64,000 bases of DNA from Squalus acanthias (taxonomy: Eukaryota), in NCBI GenBank assembly GCA_030390025.1, contig CM059432.1:100504001-100568000 (forward strand). The letters run 5' to 3'. Below, piece by piece: positions 1-13,934 of this stretch. Made by a program: the position numbers and the translations under genes. Numbering within the stretch: position 1 is the first letter of the stretch; each line of letters starts with the position of its first letter. The notes under the pieces are model-generated. The model had not been told where the DNA came from and searched no databases. It was given only the letters and a program-made list of their open reading frames with translations.

Positions 1-1882
1 TATCAGGACTAACAGTTCTCCAGACAGTAGGCCATCCTAGCTGCAGCAACATATATTTTCGATTTTAAAAAGTGATACTTGTGAAGCTAATTTTAAAAAT
101 GGACCCGACTGGAAAATACCAATGGTAAGCATTCTAGCAACTTCTTTTGGTAGAAAGGCTTTAGGTAAGATTTATGGCATAAAGCTTATTCAACACTTAT
201 TTTCTTATGAATTTCTTCTGAACATACACCTTAAAATAAAAGTGACAGGCTTTTGTTGGCACTTCATACCTCTGAGTTAGGACCATTGTACAGCCTATTT
301 CACTGTTTTATTATGTAGGATAATATTTTAGATATCCCTTAGACTGAAATGCAATTAGGCTCTGAACACTGCATCATCGGTACTTATTTTGAAAATATAT
401 AAAGCATACTTTTTTCATTCAATTTCCCCCCTTCTTTTCCTGAAAGCACGAACTCATTCTACACCAGTCACCTTCTGGTAATGCACCCAAAAGCACATCT
501 TCTTTCTGCCAAGCAAAAGGCCAAAGACTTTTAAGTTAAAAATTGGTCATAGAAAATTCAGCACCCAATCTCAATTCTAGTCTTCTTTCCTCAAACTTGA
601 ATATAACCAGTGCTGCAGCAATCTCTCTATCAAATCACTGACTAAACAGGGTACTGATGCCTGGAGATTATGATCCCTTTTTTCAGATATTTGTGCTCTC
701 CATGAATATCTTGCAGCTTCTGAAATCATGTGCTATTTTTGTGCCAAGGCATTAATCTTCCCTTTTAGTTGATTGTTACATTTTAGTCACCTCTTCTAAT
801 CAGGCATGATATGACGCCGAAACGCTAGTGGAAAATTATAAACAGGATGCATCATTTTGTTGATTGAAAAATGTAACAAATTAGAAAAAAAAATACATTT
901 TACATCAGAAAACCTTGGGTTCAATGTCTGTACAAATACATTGCTTCTACACATTTTTAATTCATTATGCAGGATGGTAATATTTGATTTAAAAGCTTAT
1001 TTATAAAATTCATGCTTCCAGTTATAGTATTTAATTCAAATTCAGGCCGATTTTCCTGGGCAATTGAGATGCAGTACATCAGAACTGGAGTATAAGCATC
1101 TTGTTTTAGAACATGTTTATAATTTTGTTACAAATTCAAAAAAGGAAGTCTTCACAAGTTGATTGATCTGGCCACTACACATAGTGATGAGGGAAATTGT
1201 TGCTCTGGGTCATTTGCTCTTGCTTGCTGCTTACAAAGGGAACTGGGCATTAACAACCCTTACTTAATTTCTCCTCATGAGGAATATGCATTGAATCTTT
1301 TCTGCATCAGGAAGCTTGATTTTCCTACTGAATTGCTTAAATGCTATGGGCTGTTTCTTCAGTTAACATCTCCTGTATTTTCAGTTCACTCAAGTAAGCA
1401 ACCAACAGAAACTTGTGGGAACCTTGTGAAAAATAAATGCTAATAAGCTTCTCACAATGCTTAATGACAGAAAAATTCTACTTTAATAACCATTTCTCTC
1501 AGGAAGATTAAATCGTAAATATATTAAACAGTTGGGAATCAGTTATTACTTCCAGACCTTTTCATTAGGAATATTTGAAACCAGGATTTCTCCTTTTAAG
1601 TGGGTTTCCTTTTATTGGAGTTGATGGTTAATAGGCTGCATTGTTGTTGCTCACCTGAGCAAAATAACAGCAGGAGAAATTGAGAAGATTCATGCCTGTA
1701 CTACACGACAAGCATCCCAAATACTGTACTCAGCATAGATTTGCTCTAAAGTCTTCAAATAGTGGTGGATTACAACAGTGGATCAGTGAAGCAACCATTA
1801 AATATCCACACGGGCAAATGTCACTCACATAGATATCAAACATACATGACAGAAGCATAGCAAACGTTTGTTTATTACATAC

Positions 1883-2071
1883 CTTCACATCTAGGTATAG
1901 GGTGGTTCCAGTTACGGCTTATACCATGCAGACAAGTGAGTGCTGCCTCCCCAATTAAAGTGTAACCAAGGAGACACTCAAACGAGATGGTTCGTCCCAC
2001 CGATAAGTCATATCCAATAACAAAACCATTTCGAAATGGGCGAGGGTCAGGGCAACTTTGCAGTTGGTATG
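1883..2071 (-). CDS. CSMD3: CSMD3 exon (189 bp), Sushi domain: AYQLQSCPDPRPFRNGFVIGYDLSVGRTISFECLLGYTLIGEAALTCLHGISRNWNHPIPRCE
   Basis: Translated by hand; ttgcag acceptor, G|gtatgt donor; four Cys plus Trp; phase 1-1. Confidence 0.95.
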
Positions 2072-5000
2072 CTGCAAAAATATAGTAAATGTCACTAATT
2101 AGTCAGACCAAATAATCGAGTAAATAACTAACTTTTAACAGTAGAAAAAGTTTGGCGTATAATAAACATAACAGTGAAATTTCTTTCCACCACTTGCTAT
2201 TTTCTAATTTCTTATGCATGCCCTTTAATTATTTTTGATCTAATGTCACTCTTACTGTCAAAGTCTGATAACATTCTATGTGGAAAAGTGAAAGCTAAGG
2301 AATACACTATTAATCATAATTTTCTTGTCAGCTGATGTGATGCAAATTTTCATTAATATTACTAAAATCTCACAGAACCACAGCAAGTATTGCTCTGAAA
2401 AGTGACTGGTTTAGTGCAAAAGAATTTAATTTCAAAACAGCAGAATGTTCAAGAGTGAATCTTAAGGAAAACAGCATTATGTTGCCTGGAGACTCCATTA
2501 CTGTTAGTTCCTCCATGTGGTCATTCTTTAGGTGAGCAAACTTAAAGTGATAATAAAGTGACTACAACTCATCCTGAAATTCAGTACACAATTACTTTGC
2601 ATCTCAGGATTCAAATTTGTACAGGTTATGTCAAGTTAAATACATTGCTAATTTTCAAGTATCACACTGTTAAATGAGTTTTAAAAATCAAAAATTACGT
2701 TATTTTTTTGAGCGCTGTTAAAAATCAAATGTAAGTTTAGTTTATTTTGTGTTTATAGAAAGGTTTAATGACAGATTCAAGTTAGACAATAAAATAGTTT
2801 GTTTCACTGTAATTCAGTGAAATCACAACATCTCTGACCCATTATAGAAGTTAATGAGAATGTACAGAGATGATTTAAGGACTCTTTGGAACAAAAAATG
2901 GTTCTTTACCACTGGAACTATGGAAGCAAGCATTATATATGGAAAGTAACTCTCAGGGTTCAATCATGGAGGTGTAGGAATAGGTCGAATTCCTGGTGTT
3001 TTGTTCCATTACCTTCAAGGAGCAGGAGGAGTGAGGGAATACATTTTCAGAATTTTGCTTCTGATACTAAATTAGTGAAGTCCAGTCCATGAAAGCGTAC
3101 TTGGTCTTTGGAAGGAGTGTGCTTGATAGAGCACATTGGTGCCATGTTAATGACCAGAACCTGCAAATCCAGGAGGGCACAGGTGTTGCGAGAGGCTGAG
3201 CATTTGGTGTGCCGCACCTCACAAATGACTCAGTGCAGGTAGAAGAGGAATATCGGAGCTATTGTCTGCATGCCGGAGAAAAAGCTTCTCTAAACCTTTT
3301 CTACATCAGCTGATGGCAGGAAATCGGGCAGTAGGGAGTCAGGGGAAACATTTCAAGGATAAATGTATGTGAAAGCTTAAGACATTTACTGTTATCTAGA
3401 AACCTGGGAAAATTTAGTCAGAGATTTCCCTGCTGTGAAGTGTGGCACCACATACTACCAAGTTAACAAAAGAAAAGTATTATTGCTGAAAAGTCAATCA
3501 TCTACAGATGGCAAATGGAGATGTGATAGCCAAAGTGCATCACACATTGATCCATGGTACCATTCCTACAAATATTGCTAACCATGACACTATCCAATGT
3601 GTGTGATGGTCATTTTCAGTCAGATATGGCAAAGATGTTTCACTCACCGGTGTGTTAAATCTTAATGTAAGGAAAGAGCTGACAGGAGTGTAGATTCTTT
3701 GCAACTGAAAATCAATTTCAACATTTCTTTGGCCATCTGATGGAGTTCTTCAATTTGGCTCTACATCAGCTTGGAGTTATACCACATCGGATACAAAGCC
3801 TAAGTAATGGTTTAGGGCACTTGGAAGTCAGATTATCAACTCCACTCTTGAGTAATATTATCACTTTTGTAATGGTGTGCATTTGAAATCACTTTGTATC
3901 AGTGCAAAACAGGTACTACAAGGACAGGGCACATGCTCACTGACCACAGTGGATTTCTAATATCTTCAGTTTTTATTTCCAATTCCCTGCATTTTCAGGT
4001 TTTCTTTTTATCTCTGCAATATGAACTTGTGAGTTAATGATACAGTTAGCAACCACCTCCTTGTTTCACAGACAAGAGCAGGAAGGGCAAATTTTACAAG
4101 GATGTGTTCCTGCTGCACAGCCTTGCTCGATGTGAGTGCAAATTGAAGAATCAGGGATGGAGGTCAGTGCACCTTATTTTCCAATCATTAAAATTAATCA
4201 CCAAAAGATTGAGTGTGCCATGAATCAGCTGCGTTGACCTTGGCATCTGAGATGGATTCTTGACATGTGCTCTCATTCAGTGAAACTTCATACTGGGAGC
4301 ACAGCCTCACAAAATTTCCCTTGCAAATTATTTCAAAGTCTCAGGAGTAATTCTAGTTCGAAATAGAGCTTTGAAAGTGAAAGTCTCTGGCAACATTTCT
4401 CCAACACGCCCACAGAAACTTTAGAATGAACAAGTCTTTTTTTTTGTAAAATATGTAGATTCTATTGCTTTTAGTTCATGTAGAAATAGTTTTTTAAATA
4501 ACTTTGTATATTTAACCCAAACAGAATTGTAATAAGAGAAAGGTTGCAAATGTCTATAATACGATGTAAATTGGAATTTTTAAGCTTCTAACCTAAATCT
4601 GTTGAGGAAGATCCCACAGAACTCAAACATCTTGATCTGATCCATGTTTTTGCATGAAGCAGTGAAAATCCTGTTTCTTTCAATTCTTCAAGAAACACAA
4701 GGGGTGATTTTGCTCCCAGGTGGGTATGGCAGATCATGGAATCACCCCTATTTTCATGTTTCTTGCAAGTCTATACCACCTCCTGCCTTAGATGGCTCCA
4801 CCCAAAGTCTTTCTTCATCTAATTGATATTCTTAGCTTCACCATCTCCTCAGACCTCAAATAGAACTTCGACACTTCATCCATTGCTAAAACTGCCATAG
4901 TTTTTTTGTTCATGCTGAACACTTCTCCCATCAAGAACACTAAAATCTCTACAAAACCCAAATCCATCCAAGATACAAATGTTTTTAATAATATCTGGAG

Positions 5001-5085
5001 AGGTGCTTTGAACACCTCTCTCACACCCCTGGACAGTACACAAGAAAAAGCTTGTCCTCTAATAGGTGATTCACCACTCACCTCA

Positions 5086-6217
5086 AACAACAACTTGCAT
5101 TTACATAGTGCCTTTAATGTAGAAAATTGTCCCAAGGCACTTCAGAGAAATAACCAGACAAAAAGAATCAAAGAAGTAGATAGTAGGAGAGGTAACCAAA
5201 AGCTTGGTCAAAGAGGTCCCGGGGGTTATGGAAAGTTTTTAAGTAGGAGGGGGACATGGAGAGAAGGAGGGGTTATGGAGGGAACTCCAGAGCCTGGAGC
5301 ATAGACGGATGAACGTACAGCCACCCATGGTAGGGCAAAAGGAAGGAAGGATGCACAAGAGGCCACAGTCAGAAGAATGGAGAGTTCTGGGCGGACTGGA
5401 AGATGTTACAGAGATAGGATGGGACTAGGCGATGAGGGATTTAAACACAAGAATGAGAATTGGAGGATTGAGGGACAGGGAGCCAATGTACAACAGGAGT
5501 GATGGTTAAACTGGACATGGTGCAAGACTGTTGGAGGCTGGCCAGGAGAGCATTAGAATGGGTAGAGTAGGGTTTCGTCACCATTTATGTGGAAGCTGGT
5601 CTCATTTCTTAGGATGAGGAGGAGAAGGGGCAATGATAGACCCTTGGGTGATAGACCCTTGGGTGATAGACCCTTGGGTGACTCCAGAGGTTACGTTGCG
5701 GGGGCGGGAAGAGAAGCCATTGCTGGAGATGTTCTGGCTACAACTGGTTAGGTAAGAGTGGAACTAAGCAAAGACAGTCCCACTGAGCTAAAAAACAGAG
5801 GAGAGGCATTGAAGGAGTATCGTGTACAGTAGGAGGATGAGAAGGGAAAATGCACCAGGGTCACAGTCACATTTGTGATTTTGATTAGGGCCATTTCAGT
5901 GCTGAGGCAGGGACAGAAACCTGATAGTAGAGATTCAAACATGGAGTAATGGGAAAGATGGGCACGGATTTGGGAGGCGAAAATACATTCAAGGAACTTG
6001 GAGAGGAAAGGGATGTTGGAGAAGGGGTGGTAATTTGCAAGGTCAGGGGGAAAAGGGTGTGATTTTTGGAGGAAGAGGTGATGATAGCGCTTTTGAAAGG
6101 GAGATGGGATAGTACTTGAGGAGATTAAACTAGTTGCTAGCATGGGGGCAGGGCGAGAAATTGGGAATGGGGTGATAGGAGCAGGAGGTGGGAGTCATGG
6201 AAAAGATGAGCTCAGAG
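5086..6217 (-). mobile_element. Degenerate L2-type LINE, 3' part
   Basis: Minus-strand tail ...ATGCAAGTTGTTGTT. RT remnant LANYHPFSNIPFLSKFLE..SGF...STEMALIKITN in ORF 5748-6143. Same family as 52686-54740. Confidence 0.75.
5634..5681. repeat. 15-bp tandem triplication (TGATAGACCCTTGGG)x3 inside the L2 relic
   Basis: Read directly from the sequence. Confidence 0.9.
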
Positions 6218-6229
6218 GAAGTGTTTGCC

Positions 6230-7340
6230 TTGTGGGGGCCCCGTGCAAAGGTTCACTTAGGGGCCTGCATATTTTACTAGACAATGATACTACCTACTCA
6301 ATCTGGTGTCAAATTGGCACATGTACAATCGTAAAAAGACATATTTGAAATAGGTAATATAAAAAAAGAGTTGACAAAATGCTAAGTGATAGATAACATG
6401 AGTAAATGACATTGAATGATTATAAAGGTCTTGAAACACCGACGTTATTTCAGTGTATGAGCCGTATGATAACTTAGAAGCTCGCTTTTCATGCTTTAGC
6501 TGCAGCAAAGTCTTATATATGAATAGTCGAACTTCCATCAAATCTCAAGTTCAATTGAGATATCTGCCAGGCCATTTAGGTGCTCTTGTGACATAGTCGA
6601 CCTTGCATTAATCTTATCAATTTCAGTCGGGACAAGCTTCTTTCGCCTGATACAACTGTCACAGGCACCGTCACCACCAATCTGAACACAATCTTTCTTT
6701 AGAAATATAATCAAGCACATCAAGTGGTGTGAAGAGCAGTTAAAGGCCATTGTGTAGATAACAATAGAGGCTCTGATTGTTTAAGGCCCAAAAGTAAGCA
6801 AGGTTTGATTTTTGACACTGGTATATTTTGGACCAAGTGTTGTGAATGAGTAATCTCAGAAAATATAAACTTTTGCTTAAATGCCTTAAAAGTTTCACCA
6901 ATCTTCCAAGAACATTTATAAATGGGGTTTGAAATAGCATTTCACTATATTTGAAAAAATAACTTGTTCAAACTCATCTGAATTAACAGTTTCATTAAGA
7001 TAGTAATAATCTATAAAATATTAATGTTTAAAAATAATAGGAATTAACTGCTGATAAAAGCATCTGAAAATTAATTGCTGGAGAATTTTTGAAAATGTCA
7101 CTTTACCTGAGCCTGAGTTCACTACTGACAATGAACAGTTTTCATTTATTTATGTTTTGCTTTAATAAAAACACCAGACATTTGTTTGATTTTTTTTTAA
7201 ATGTTAGAAAAAGCTTTTGAACAATCTTTCACTCTGGTTCAGTTACAGAGGGCCTGTCTTCTTATTAACAATTATATTATAGCTTTGATTGGCCTTCTAA
7301 AATGTTAAATATATATTTATAACAGCAATATGCAGGGCAT
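6230..7340 (-). mobile_element. hAT DNA transposon relic (transposase C-terminal dimerisation domain at about 6545-6695)
   Basis: Minus strand reads IVFRLVVTVPVTVVSGERSLSRLKLIR, then after a frameshift RSTMSQEHLNGLADISIE. This is the hAT dimerisation motif. Outer boundaries are uncertain. Confidence 0.7.
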
Positions 7341-9344
7341 AGCTAATTATCTATACCTACATAATTTTCAGTGGTTCCCATTCTGTGTGCATGTCTCTTT
7401 CTCCTTGGTCTGATGTGCTTTGCACTTTAATCACAGATATCCTCCAGCCCAGGTCCTGCACTCAGTTAACTCAGTAAGTAGTTAGTGCTTCACTTCCAAG
7501 GATACCTTTAACATTTCCTTTCATGATATACGTCCCTCCTTTTGATGCTTGCTTTTTTACATTTTATATTCCATGTATTTTTAAAATGCAGTTCAGAATC
7601 ACACTGCGGCTGACTGCACTGCTGCGAATGATTCTACATCACACTTCCTTTCATAAATGTTGCCATCTCATTTGTATCAGATACAGCAAAATATTTGCTA
7701 CGTTTCTGTTACTTGAATTTTTCTGTTCTAATCAAAAGTGCACCATAGGGGAGTATGGCCATGTGATATTTATTTCTTAATAATAATTATTAAATATAAG
7801 GTTATCTATAATTACTGCATCCTGTATTTTCTCTCACAAGTGTGCCCTCTCATTTGCTATTTTAATTAGTTTTTAGTAACTGAATTTTTCAATATCTCAA
7901 GAGTAATATGGCTAATTTTATCAGGTGTTGTGCAGAAGTATTGTAGTGAATAAATGGCCAAAAGCTTGGCAGTTGAAAGTTTGAACGTGCAGTTGTAAAT
8001 GACTTGGGACAGTTTTTTCCAGTGCTGGATGCAGAAGGAAGTGGGGCTAGATGGGGGTAGGTTGATACAAGGAAGTAGTCAAAGATGGTCTTGAATGTGA
8101 TCGAGACATGAGGGGGTGGAGAGGCTTCATGAGATGGCAAGGCCAAGGGTGGTGGCCATGAATATGGGTAGGAGACTTTATATGGAGGGAGAAGTTTAAG
8201 GAGGGCAGTGAAATTAGAGGAGAGAGAGCAAGGTGATGAGATGGAGATTAAAATCTCTGAGGATGAAGAGTTGCTCAGTACAGTGTGGATCCTGCTTAAT
8301 AATCAGTCTTGCCATACCTTTAGTGTTCCATGGCATTTGAATTCTGTCATCTCATCATTCATATCCTCACCACGTAACTTAGTAATTGATTTTACAGCTG
8401 TTGTGCTGGTTAAGCCACAGAATAGCAGAACCTTACAGAAGCGCTCTGGGTCTATGCTGCCAGGTTGTTACTGGATATGAACATAACAGCATAAGATATT
8501 TTAGGAACAGGAAAATACTATTAATCTCAAGAAACCTGCCCCTTTTTGGTAGATCAGGGCAACATATTTTCTCTGGTTAATTTATTCTAAGCAGTTTTTT
8601 AGATTCATGTAAAGTTAAAACTACTACAATGCATCATTCCATTCAGATTGAAGATAAGCAATTAGTATTCCCCTTCGTCTGCTCAGAGTGAGAGGGGAAA
8701 GGAATTTATTCTGTCATGCTAGTTTAAAAAGTAGCTTAATTCTACTCTTCCTTTTTTGCTTGACAGATTTTGTTGCCAGAGCATTTCTCATCAGTCAGCC
8801 CATTGCCTGGCAACTGCTTTCTGTTGCAGAGGATTTAATCAATTGCCATCACAACAACATATTTGCTCCCTTGGATTGCAAAGCATACCATTTGAACAGG
8901 TAAGTTACTGCCTTTTCATGGAAACATTTCTTTAAAAGGGACTTCTGCTGAGGCACCAATTCACTCTCCGCATATTTTGCAATGTTTGTTTAAAGGGGCA
9001 ACTGCACCAAGAGAGCATTTTTCATAGCTCCCCTCAAAGAGTTTACTGTAAATTATTTCTTTAGGCTTCAACTTAACTGGGACGTTAAAGGAGAGTTGCA
9101 TAAATATATATATTGGGTTTCGTTTGTTCCAATCATGCTTAGCAGAATTCCACTGCTCTCTGCTCCTGTTGGCTGATGTGTATTTTTTCTCAACTCCATT
9201 TTAACTCACTAGATTCAGCTAGGTTGGGTTATAACATAAACTAGCATTTAGATCCAATTCACTCAATAGCAACTTGCAAATCCAGGACCGTTGCCCTCAA
9301 CAGCGATCTTTAAAACAGTCATGAAAAGTAATCATTGACGTAAC

Positions 9345-10104
9345 GGGGGTAATTTTCACCTAAAAAACAAACAGGTCGCGTGGGAAGTTAAAGTGTTAAA
9401 AATCTGAATCCTGACCAGAAAACTGCCTCTTCCGGTTTTAACGGAGGCGGGATGGGGGGCGGTTAGCACACGTTGCCAGGAGGCGGATCGACTATTTAAA
9501 TACTATAATGAGGCTGGAAGCCTCAGCTTTAACCTCCATTTTGAATTTAACTTTAGCTGGTCGGACGACCGGAGGTGCAGGGGGGTGGGGTGGGGGAGGC
9601 CTTGTGTGGGGGGAGGGGGAGGGGGAGGGGAAATCAGAGGCCTGGGGGGTGGGGGGAGGGAATCGGAGGCCTTGTGGGGGGTGGTCTCCAATCATGGGGG
9701 GTGGGTTAGGTAGGGACATTACTTCCTGGATCCAATGTCCCTACCTAGCTCATCCCCACGATCGGAGACCACCTCCCACGAGGCCTCCGATTTCCACCCC
9801 CCGCCCGATTTCCACCCCCCGCCCGCCACAAGGCCTTCCCCACCCCACTCCCTGCACCTCCAGTCACCGATCTGCTCCTCCGGCCCCCGATTGTTGACAA
9901 CGCGCCCCCCCCCACCCCCAATTCCCGCTCCTCCATCCACCCTACGCGATTCCTCCCTCCCTCCTCTCTGCAGCCTAGTGCCAAAGGCCTACCCACCCGC
10001 AGGCTGCCAGCCTAAAAATCTGTCTGGCTGTATGTGGGAAACGGAGGTTTCCCATGCAAATCAGGCCCTGCCGTTTTCCCGGGTTTTCCATTAAAATTCA
10101 GCCC
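9345..10104. mobile_element. Non-autonomous Harbinger-like MITE with GC-rich internal palindrome
   Basis: Termini GGGGGTAATTTT / AAAATTCAGCCC, flanked by AAC on both sides (3-bp TSD). Confidence 0.75.
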
Positions 10105-11183
10105 AACATCATTTTTGTTCTATGTTTCATTGATATAAAATACAATATTGATAACCTAATCAGAGCAACCCAATTGAAAGCATTAGTGAGCCAGATAGGG
10201 TGATGATAGCAGAATGCTTCAGTGGATGTGTTATTTTAACTTTGTGTTAATTCATCTCCCTCACACTGACTCAGTAAATTTCTCTGTCTATATCATTTTA
10301 ATCATGCATGCATCAGACCAAGCACATTAAATTTAATTTAGTTTTCTTATAGTTTTGATTTTAAAACGCTTTTAAACTGTCCTCAACTATTTTGTTACTA
10401 TCTAAAATAATTCTAAAAGAAAAACCTTCAGCTATAATTTATGTAATTTAATTCACACTATAGCGGTGTATAAAGATACAAGGGAACAATCTTCAGAAAT
10501 ATTGCACCAGTGCAAACTGTATTGTATGTGTAAGTATAAGGGAAGAATTTCCCCTATTTTTCATTTTGCCCACTGTGTTTGCTGTATATTTCAGAATCAC
10601 CACGATGAACGTATGCTGTTTTGTGCTGTTCAAAATAGCTGCAAACAAATTGGCACCTTTGCACAAATTGATTTAAAACAGCTACCTGATCCCTTCCAGC
10701 CATTCATGGAAGCATTTGAAAAAGTATAAGCCACCTTAATGGGCATAAGCTCAACAAATGGAGATGGGAGGGATGTTTACATAATTCCCACTCCATTACC
10801 ATTGTATGCTTCTTCCTACACCAGGTGGAAGCTCTCCAACATCCCCCCTCCCGCCCCCCACAACTTTGGAAAACCTCTGGAAGGGCACACAAAGTGGCAT
10901 CACCAGTCTATGCCCTTTGTTTCCTCTACTCTCTGTCAAAGAGATAAGCATACTCCTGACACAAAGCAGAAGAAAATTGGCCCAATTGGCAATTTCCTGC
11001 TCCCAAATGTAGCCCTGGCAGCAGATCATACCAACTATATATGCGCAAAGTGCTTTATGTGAATAATAAAAGAACGTTTATGTGCGTCTCCTTGGGAATG
11101 CAGTGTCAGGCATCTGAAAGTGTACGAGTGCCATTTGTCAAACTTTCAATAACGTCTAATCATTTCCATTTTTCGACACTTAC

Positions 11184-11393
11184 CTTGATAGATGCTGCGG
11201 AAGCCTTGCTTGTTTTGGGAATAATCACTGTGAAAGTACAGGGTGGTTTCATGGGTTGTACTGAACAGAGGTGCTGGCACCTGAGGACCACTAAATCTAC
11301 CAATTACTGTCCCAGTTGCTGCAGACCCACTCCGCACTTCCATGTAATCGTGGATTGTCTCCGTGGAAAAATTGACAAACTGCAAGTGCACAC
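11184..11393 (-). CDS. CSMD3: CSMD3 exon (210 bp), CUB C-part: GVHLQFVNFSTETIHDYMEVRSG...FHSDYSQNKQGFRSIYQ
   Basis: ccttag acceptor, G|gtaagt donor; phase 1-1. Confidence 0.95.
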
Positions 11394-11671
11394 CTAAGGA
11401 TTACGAATGACATAAAAGGGAAATGAAATGAATTAGATTCTTAAAAGGTACATGAAACAAAAATACATCACCGATGTCATCCTGAATGAAGGATTGCATC
11501 CTCATGTATTAAGGTGTGCAGAACAGACAGTACGTGGATTCATTTATTGAACATCATAAAGTAGGACAACTAATTACTACTGTTACTACAGATGGGCATC
11601 ATCTCACTCCAGACAATAGACAGCTGCAGTTGTTGTACAAGATGCAAACTGTTCCATTTCTTTAGACATAC

Positions 11672-11788
11672 CAAAGCCAATAGGTAGCGTTATCGTCCAA
11701 GTGCAATCTAAGCTGCTGGGATAGTTTCCAGGAAAACCGGGGCTAAGAACGACCCCACTGAAGTCAGTCAGAGAACCACCACATTGGG
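11672..11788 (-). CDS. CSMD3: CSMD3 exon (117 bp), CUB N-part: AQCGGSLTDFSGVVLSPGFPGNYPSSLDCTWTITLPIGF
   Basis: ttacag acceptor, G|gtatgt donor; phase 1-1. Confidence 0.95.
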
Positions 11789-13934
11789 CTGTAAGAGTAC
11801 ATAAAGGAACATTAACAGAGGCAAAATGAGGACTGCAAACCAATAAAAATACAGGTTTAAAACAATTACAAAACGACCTACCATATTTTCTTAGCAAGGA
11901 AGTTACACTTATTTACAAGAAAATCACCACAGAAACTTCCTTTACTATATATCCCTACATCAGTTTAGGGCCATATTGGGGGTGGGGAGGAAGATTCCTG
12001 GTCTCTTCCAGAAATGCAGCCAGGTACGGCAGCAGGCATACATGGAATATTGGGCCACACTAAGGAGAAATCAGATAGCGATTGATCCCAGATGGACTGA
12101 CTGCCATTAATGTATGGCACCCACCAGTGAGGGGGTAACAATCCTGTACCTGGGAAACTGTGGCATTCTCAGCCAGAGCTGCCTGTATCTCCTCCCACAG
12201 AGTGCACTAAAAATCTGGCTTTTACACTGGATGGGCACTCCCAATGCGCCACTACTGGTATGGGTGCTCACTCCAAATAAGCTTGTCCCCTGGATTTGGG
12301 ATGGGATCAAAGTGGAGTTCTACCCCACTGGAATGCAACACCGGAATTCCTACCCTATAGATTTTAGCTTAAATGATTTGTTTTATCTGATTTTTTAAAA
12401 AAGGCAACAGGCTTTCTTTTATGTTTTTTAAAAAACGGAGAAAGAAACAAAACTGCTGTCATAACATCGTCAAACATGTACTTACTAATGTAAGTATCTA
12501 ATTTTTCTTGTGAATCCTCAGCAATACTAGTCAGATCACCATCACAGTTATAAGAATATGTCCAGCGCAAGTCTGAGACTTCAGTTTCTCACAGTAATAA
12601 TGCATTTGATTGAGGATTGTATTTTCCTCTGTTCAAAAGCAAGGAGGAATGACTCTTTCCTTGTAATTTATGATCTGCTTACTAAACTGTTGGAACGTAC
12701 TATTTTAAAATCTGATTCCTGGAACAAAAATAGCAACCAACCAATCACAATGCACTTGTAATAATGATCCTTTTCATGTTTCTCAAGCAGCTTATGAGCC
12801 ACTTAACCCGGACCTCAAACAGCTCACTATTTAGATATGTTCTGGAGAAAGAGCTTGAGAGCAGTCTGGGTCATTTTGGAGCCTATGGTAATTCTGAATG
12901 TGAATCTCAGTATGTTTTCTAAATAAGTTAAACATATCACCAATTCAAGCCCTATTCCATATTTTATTACCAAATCGCGACAATTTCACAGATACAGTGA
13001 CAGAAATGACCAACTAAAGCCAGTTAATGCATTCACAGCAAGGCACCTTATCTCAAAAAAAATAGTTGCAACCAATATTGAAGAAAAGAAACCTTCACAG
13101 GAGACAAAACTCAGGCAATTCTCAGACATGTCCTTTCGAGGAAAATGGAAGGTTTTTAGAAGCTGTATTTTATCAGTTTAGTTATTATATATAACTTCTT
13201 TGGGGAATAAACATTAACTAAACACATCCATAACTGGGTGTTTCAGAAACAGAGCAGCTCATTTTACATTTCCTGCCTCAAGTTGGTGTGCCACCAACAA
13301 TGGGAGAAAATAACATCTGATTGACTTCAGTCCTACTTTCTAAACAATCTGATTTGTTGATACTGACAATCTCCAATGTTAGTGACAAAAAAAATTCTCG
13401 TTAAATGTTGACAAGCTGCCACCTGGGTTGAAACGTTTTAAAAGGGTTGCCTTTAAAAGCTGATGTTTGGCGTGTATGTAGTACATCAATATGTCCGCAT
13501 GCTCTGATTGTATTCCAGTGTACAGCAGTGCATGTAATTACAAAGCAGTACTCAGATGGATAACTGTGCTTGTTTACTCCTAAATATAGCATCTGCTTTT
13601 TTCACAAAGCAATAAGGCCTAGTCACACTGTAAGCAACCCCAAGGAGTACCACTTATTAGAGCAGCAACTATCACCCAAGTTAAATGGGGTTAGATGTAA
13701 AAGGGTGGGAGGAGGCTCATGTGGAGCATAAACACAGGTATGGACTGTTGGGCCTGTTTCCGTGCAGTTAATACTTTGTAAACCAGCACAAATATACACA
13801 TACATATGCTGCAATAGAAATCACTAGTGCATTTGATGAGGAAGGATAGATGGCTCACTGAGCACTGGTGACCTGTTAGAGACCACTTGATTTTCATTTC
13901 CATTGAAATCAAGTACATGTACTGTTGTACTTAG

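Noticed and set aside
1159..1443. Short ORFs in AT-rich intron sequence (also many others in the track)
   Set aside because: No recognisable domains or splice context; consistent with chance ORFs.
6538..6750. ZMYM1/ZBED-like host gene exon
   Set aside because: The hAT motif is frameshifted and the surrounding frame is full of stops.
9492..10094. Proline/glycine-rich ORFs on both strands
   Set aside because: Produced by G/C homopolymer tracts of a palindromic MITE.
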